This document shows positions 61,049 through 64,000 of a DNA stretch of 64,000 nt, one piece after another (the first letter of the stretch is position 1; every line of letters starts with the position of its first letter). The position numbers and the translations under genes were made by a program. This stretch comes from a bacterium (GTDB lineage Bacteria; SAR324; NAC60-12). The stretch is from positions 1 through 64,000 of the forward strand of contig CBDBHR010000010.1 of NCBI GenBank assembly GCA_965205865.1, read 5' to 3'. The notes under the pieces are model-generated. The model was not told the origin of the DNA and did no database searches. It worked only from the letters and a program-made list of their open reading frames with translations.

Positions 61049-62800
61049 CCTAAGTTGAGCGATTCGTAATAAAAAAAGCTCCCAACCTTGGGAAAAATGT
61101 GTTATATTTCAGTGGTTAAAATAAAAAAATTCACAAAATCTAACACAACCCAACAGGTAGAGAGCTTTATGGGAAAAAATATAACAGTTCAGGATAAAAA
61201 GAAACAGATAATTGATGCCATTCAGCCAACCGATGAACACTTGACAAGTCGTGCCGGATTGGCCTTGTTTGCCCAGTATCTGCAAAGCATTCGGCTGATG
61301 CCGATCATCGAAAGGTTGTTTGGTTCGATGCGTAAAAATAAAAAAGGAATTGCTGTCTCTGATTTTTTTGTGCAGATCCTCTGTTTTTTCATGGACGGCA
61401 GCAGCCGTCATCTCAGTTGGTTCGATCACCTCAAAAGGGGCGAGGGTTATGCCGCCTTGCTGTCATGCAGTGAGCAAGACCTTGCCTCCTCGCATGCCGT
61501 GAAAAGATTTTTTGGAAAGTTCTCTTTTGTACGAGTCTACCTGTTTCGTCATCTGCTGCAGATACTGTTTATCTGGAGACTGAAGAAGACTTGTCCAACG
61601 GTGATTGTGTTGGGTCTGGATTCGATGGTACTTGATAATGATGATGCCCTGAAACGCCATGGTGTCCAGCCGACTTACAAGATGGTCAAAGGATTTCATC
61701 CCCTGCAGATGAATTGGGGTCGTTATATGGTTGACGCAGTTTTTCGCGGAGGTAGCAAACATTCGAATCACGGGAAAACTGTTCAGAATATGCTGGTTCA
61801 TATCGTGAAAAGGATTCGCCGCCAATACCGAGATGATGTACCAATCATGGTGCGCATGGACACCGGTTTTTTTGACGAAAAAATCTTTGAAACCTGTGAA
61901 CGACTGAACATCGGTTAGCTGAAGCGGAGGAAAGTCCTATGCCAATGTGAGGAATGCTGCGGAAGAAGCCACTGACTGGCAGACCTTCACTTCATCGGGC
62001 AAGAAGGAGATCTGGCAGTACACCGAGTTTAAGAGCCAGCAGGGGACATGGAAGAAGGCTCGTCGCACGATCTACAGCCGCTTGATTGAACACGATAGCC
62101 AACTCTCTTTGCCGGGTTTGGATCATGATGGCGTGATCATTACGAACCTTGGTATGGGAGAGGCCATTGATGGCCAACTCAGCCAAGCCGCTGAAGAAAA
62201 GCGCATCGATGCTCATAGCATCCTTGGCTCGTACCACGGACGGGGAAAGGATGAACTGGCCAACCGGGCGCTGAAAAACTTTGGTCATCAACAACTTCCC
62301 TTCAAGGACTTCATTTCCAATACCGCATGGTACTATCTGATGCTGCTTGGCAATAACCTCTTCGAATCCTTCAAAGAAGATGTCAGCAAGCCAGTGATTG
62401 CGGTAACGATGTATGCTGATACCTTCCGGCGCCAGTTTCTTGATACGGCAGGCAAACTGCTTCGTCATGCCGGAAAACTGATCTTGAAAATACCAAAAAA
62501 GACCTTTGAGCGCTTGCAATTGGACCAACTATTTGCCACCTGCCAGCACGCATTGGCGCCAATCTGATCAACGGGTTTCGCTTCAATTAAAAAACAAAAA
62601 CATTAAAGTTTAAGGGGATAAGTGCGTCCAAAACATGAGAAATGAAGACCTTCCACATCTGAAAACAGCATTTTGATGCTCATTCTCACTCAAACATCCA
62701 TGGATTTGATGATCAAAATCTGATTTCAGAATGATTGCCTTTCTCAGGCAAAAAAATCATCTTGAAAATCTGATCCTTTTTTAGAATCGCTCAATTTGGG
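61049..62800 (+). mobile_element. IS1380-family element; transposase 61169-62567 broken by a stop and frameshift at ~61916
   Basis: Inverted repeats CCTAAGTTGAGCGATTC and GAATCGCTCAATTTGGG (15/17); LTSRAGL, LDSMVLDND, VRMDTGF, YHGRGKDE. Confidence 0.9.
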
Positions 62801-62801
62801 A

Positions 62802-64000
62802 CAGTACTTGGTTGACCGGGAAATAATAGGTGAACAGGAGTTTCAGGATCATTGTGATTCTTCTAATTTGCCAGATGTGCTGCGTGATCGTACAGCTACG
62901 GAGAAATTGTTTACATGGCTCAGCGAAACTTTTAATGGTGACATGTTCCTTCCGGCTGCTACGGTGACACCCGAGGCTAACCATCTCAGCAGAGTAGCAG
63001 ATTTTCTGGAAGCGGTGGATCCGAAAACCGGACAAACCACGTTTTTCCCGTATCAGTTTGACGTAATTCCGGTCGAACTTCTCAGCGCCATTTACGAACA
63101 ATTTGTGCATACGGAAGAGAGACAGAAGGCAGACAACGCCAGCCATTCTAGTGCCAGACAGATGGGTGTCTATTACACCCGTTTGCCGGTCGTTTCCCTT
63201 GTGATTGACGAAGTTATGAATGACCTGACAGGAAAAGAAACCGTACTCGATCTTACTTGTGGGTCGGGCGTTTTTCTTGTCGAAGCTTTACGAAAACTTG
63301 TTTCCCTCAAGTCGAGAGATTCGGTGCGGAGCAGTGAAATGATTAGAACAACGCTGTACGAACAAATCTATGGTGTGGATATCAGCGAGAACGCGGTGCG
63401 TATCGCAGCATTCAGCCTTTATTTGGCAGCATTGGAACTTGACCCTGATCCGAAACAGCCGCAGGCCCTGAAATTCGAACCATTGCTTGGCAAAACTCTT
63501 TTTGTAGGTGATGCACATGATGTTGAAAACACGTCTGATGGAAAAAAGATTTTTGCCACAGGAACTGGTCTGAGAAAATTTGACATCATCGTCGGCAATC
63601 CGCCATGGAGTTTCAGAGGAAAAAAGGGCACAGATGTACGCCGAAACCGAAACTTTAATAACCCTCTGCAGCCTCGCGGTGAAAGTCTAGATTTTGTCAT
63701 GAGAGCGAAGGAATTCTCTCATGACGATACGCGCTTTGGCCTCATACTTAGTGCAACTCCATTTTTTTCGCGTAGCAGGACAGGCTTGAATGCTTCACAA
63801 CAAGTTGTCAAGAAGCTCTCACCCGTAACTTTGGTTAATTTATCTAAGCTTTCTTCCTGGCTGTTTCCAGAGGCCAATATGCCGGCAGTCGCATTCTTTG
63901 CGCGCCACCGTGCCCGGCAACCTGCAGATCAGATAACTCTTGTACATATTCCGTGGTCACCAACCGGAGACCAAAGTCATACTTTTAAGATTGCGCGTAG
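62802..64000 (+). pseudogene. N6-adenine DNA methyltransferase (type IIG/Eco57I-like RM), 5'-truncated by the IS and running off the window
   Basis: Open frame not in the ORF track: FNGDMF, IPVELLSAIYEQF, GVYYT, VLDLTCGSGVFL, IYGVDI, IVGNPPW. Confidence 0.85.

Overview
Bacterial genomic window, probably from an uncultured Gram-negative heterotroph (the Deltaproteobacteria/SAR324-like gene content is a weak inference). It has three zones. (1) 1-22.5 kb is a plastic catabolic island of repeated modules: PhyH-family Fe(II)/2OG dioxygenases, family-5 ABC solute-binding proteins with permeases but no ATPases, a Baeyer-Villiger monooxygenase, toxin-antitoxin arrays with integron attC-like sites, and IS remnants. 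A duplicated 1.4-1.8 kb upstream block carries promoter-like repeats, a (CCCAGTT)n tract and a structured leader. (2) 22.5-47.3 kb is mostly housekeeping: Fur-family regulator, cobU/T/S, tRNA-Gly, yqgE, fabZ-like, argA, lepB, map, pcm, sseA, secA, bolA, tRNA-Arg. (3) 47.3-64 kb is a decaying accessory region with IS1380 and IS5 elements, a MITE, vapBC, a CRTAC1-like protein, broken sugar ABC permeases and a truncated N6 methyltransferase. The strongest novel signal is a ~60-aa module that I do not recognise as a named family. It sits in frame five times in three housekeeping proteins: three copies in SecA, one in signal peptidase I and one inside a DciA-like domain. The second is a conserved multi-hairpin leader upstream of two ABC binding-protein genes. 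Many single-base homopolymer indels in the first 9 kb may be sequencing errors. All family calls are by motif recognition; no searches were run.
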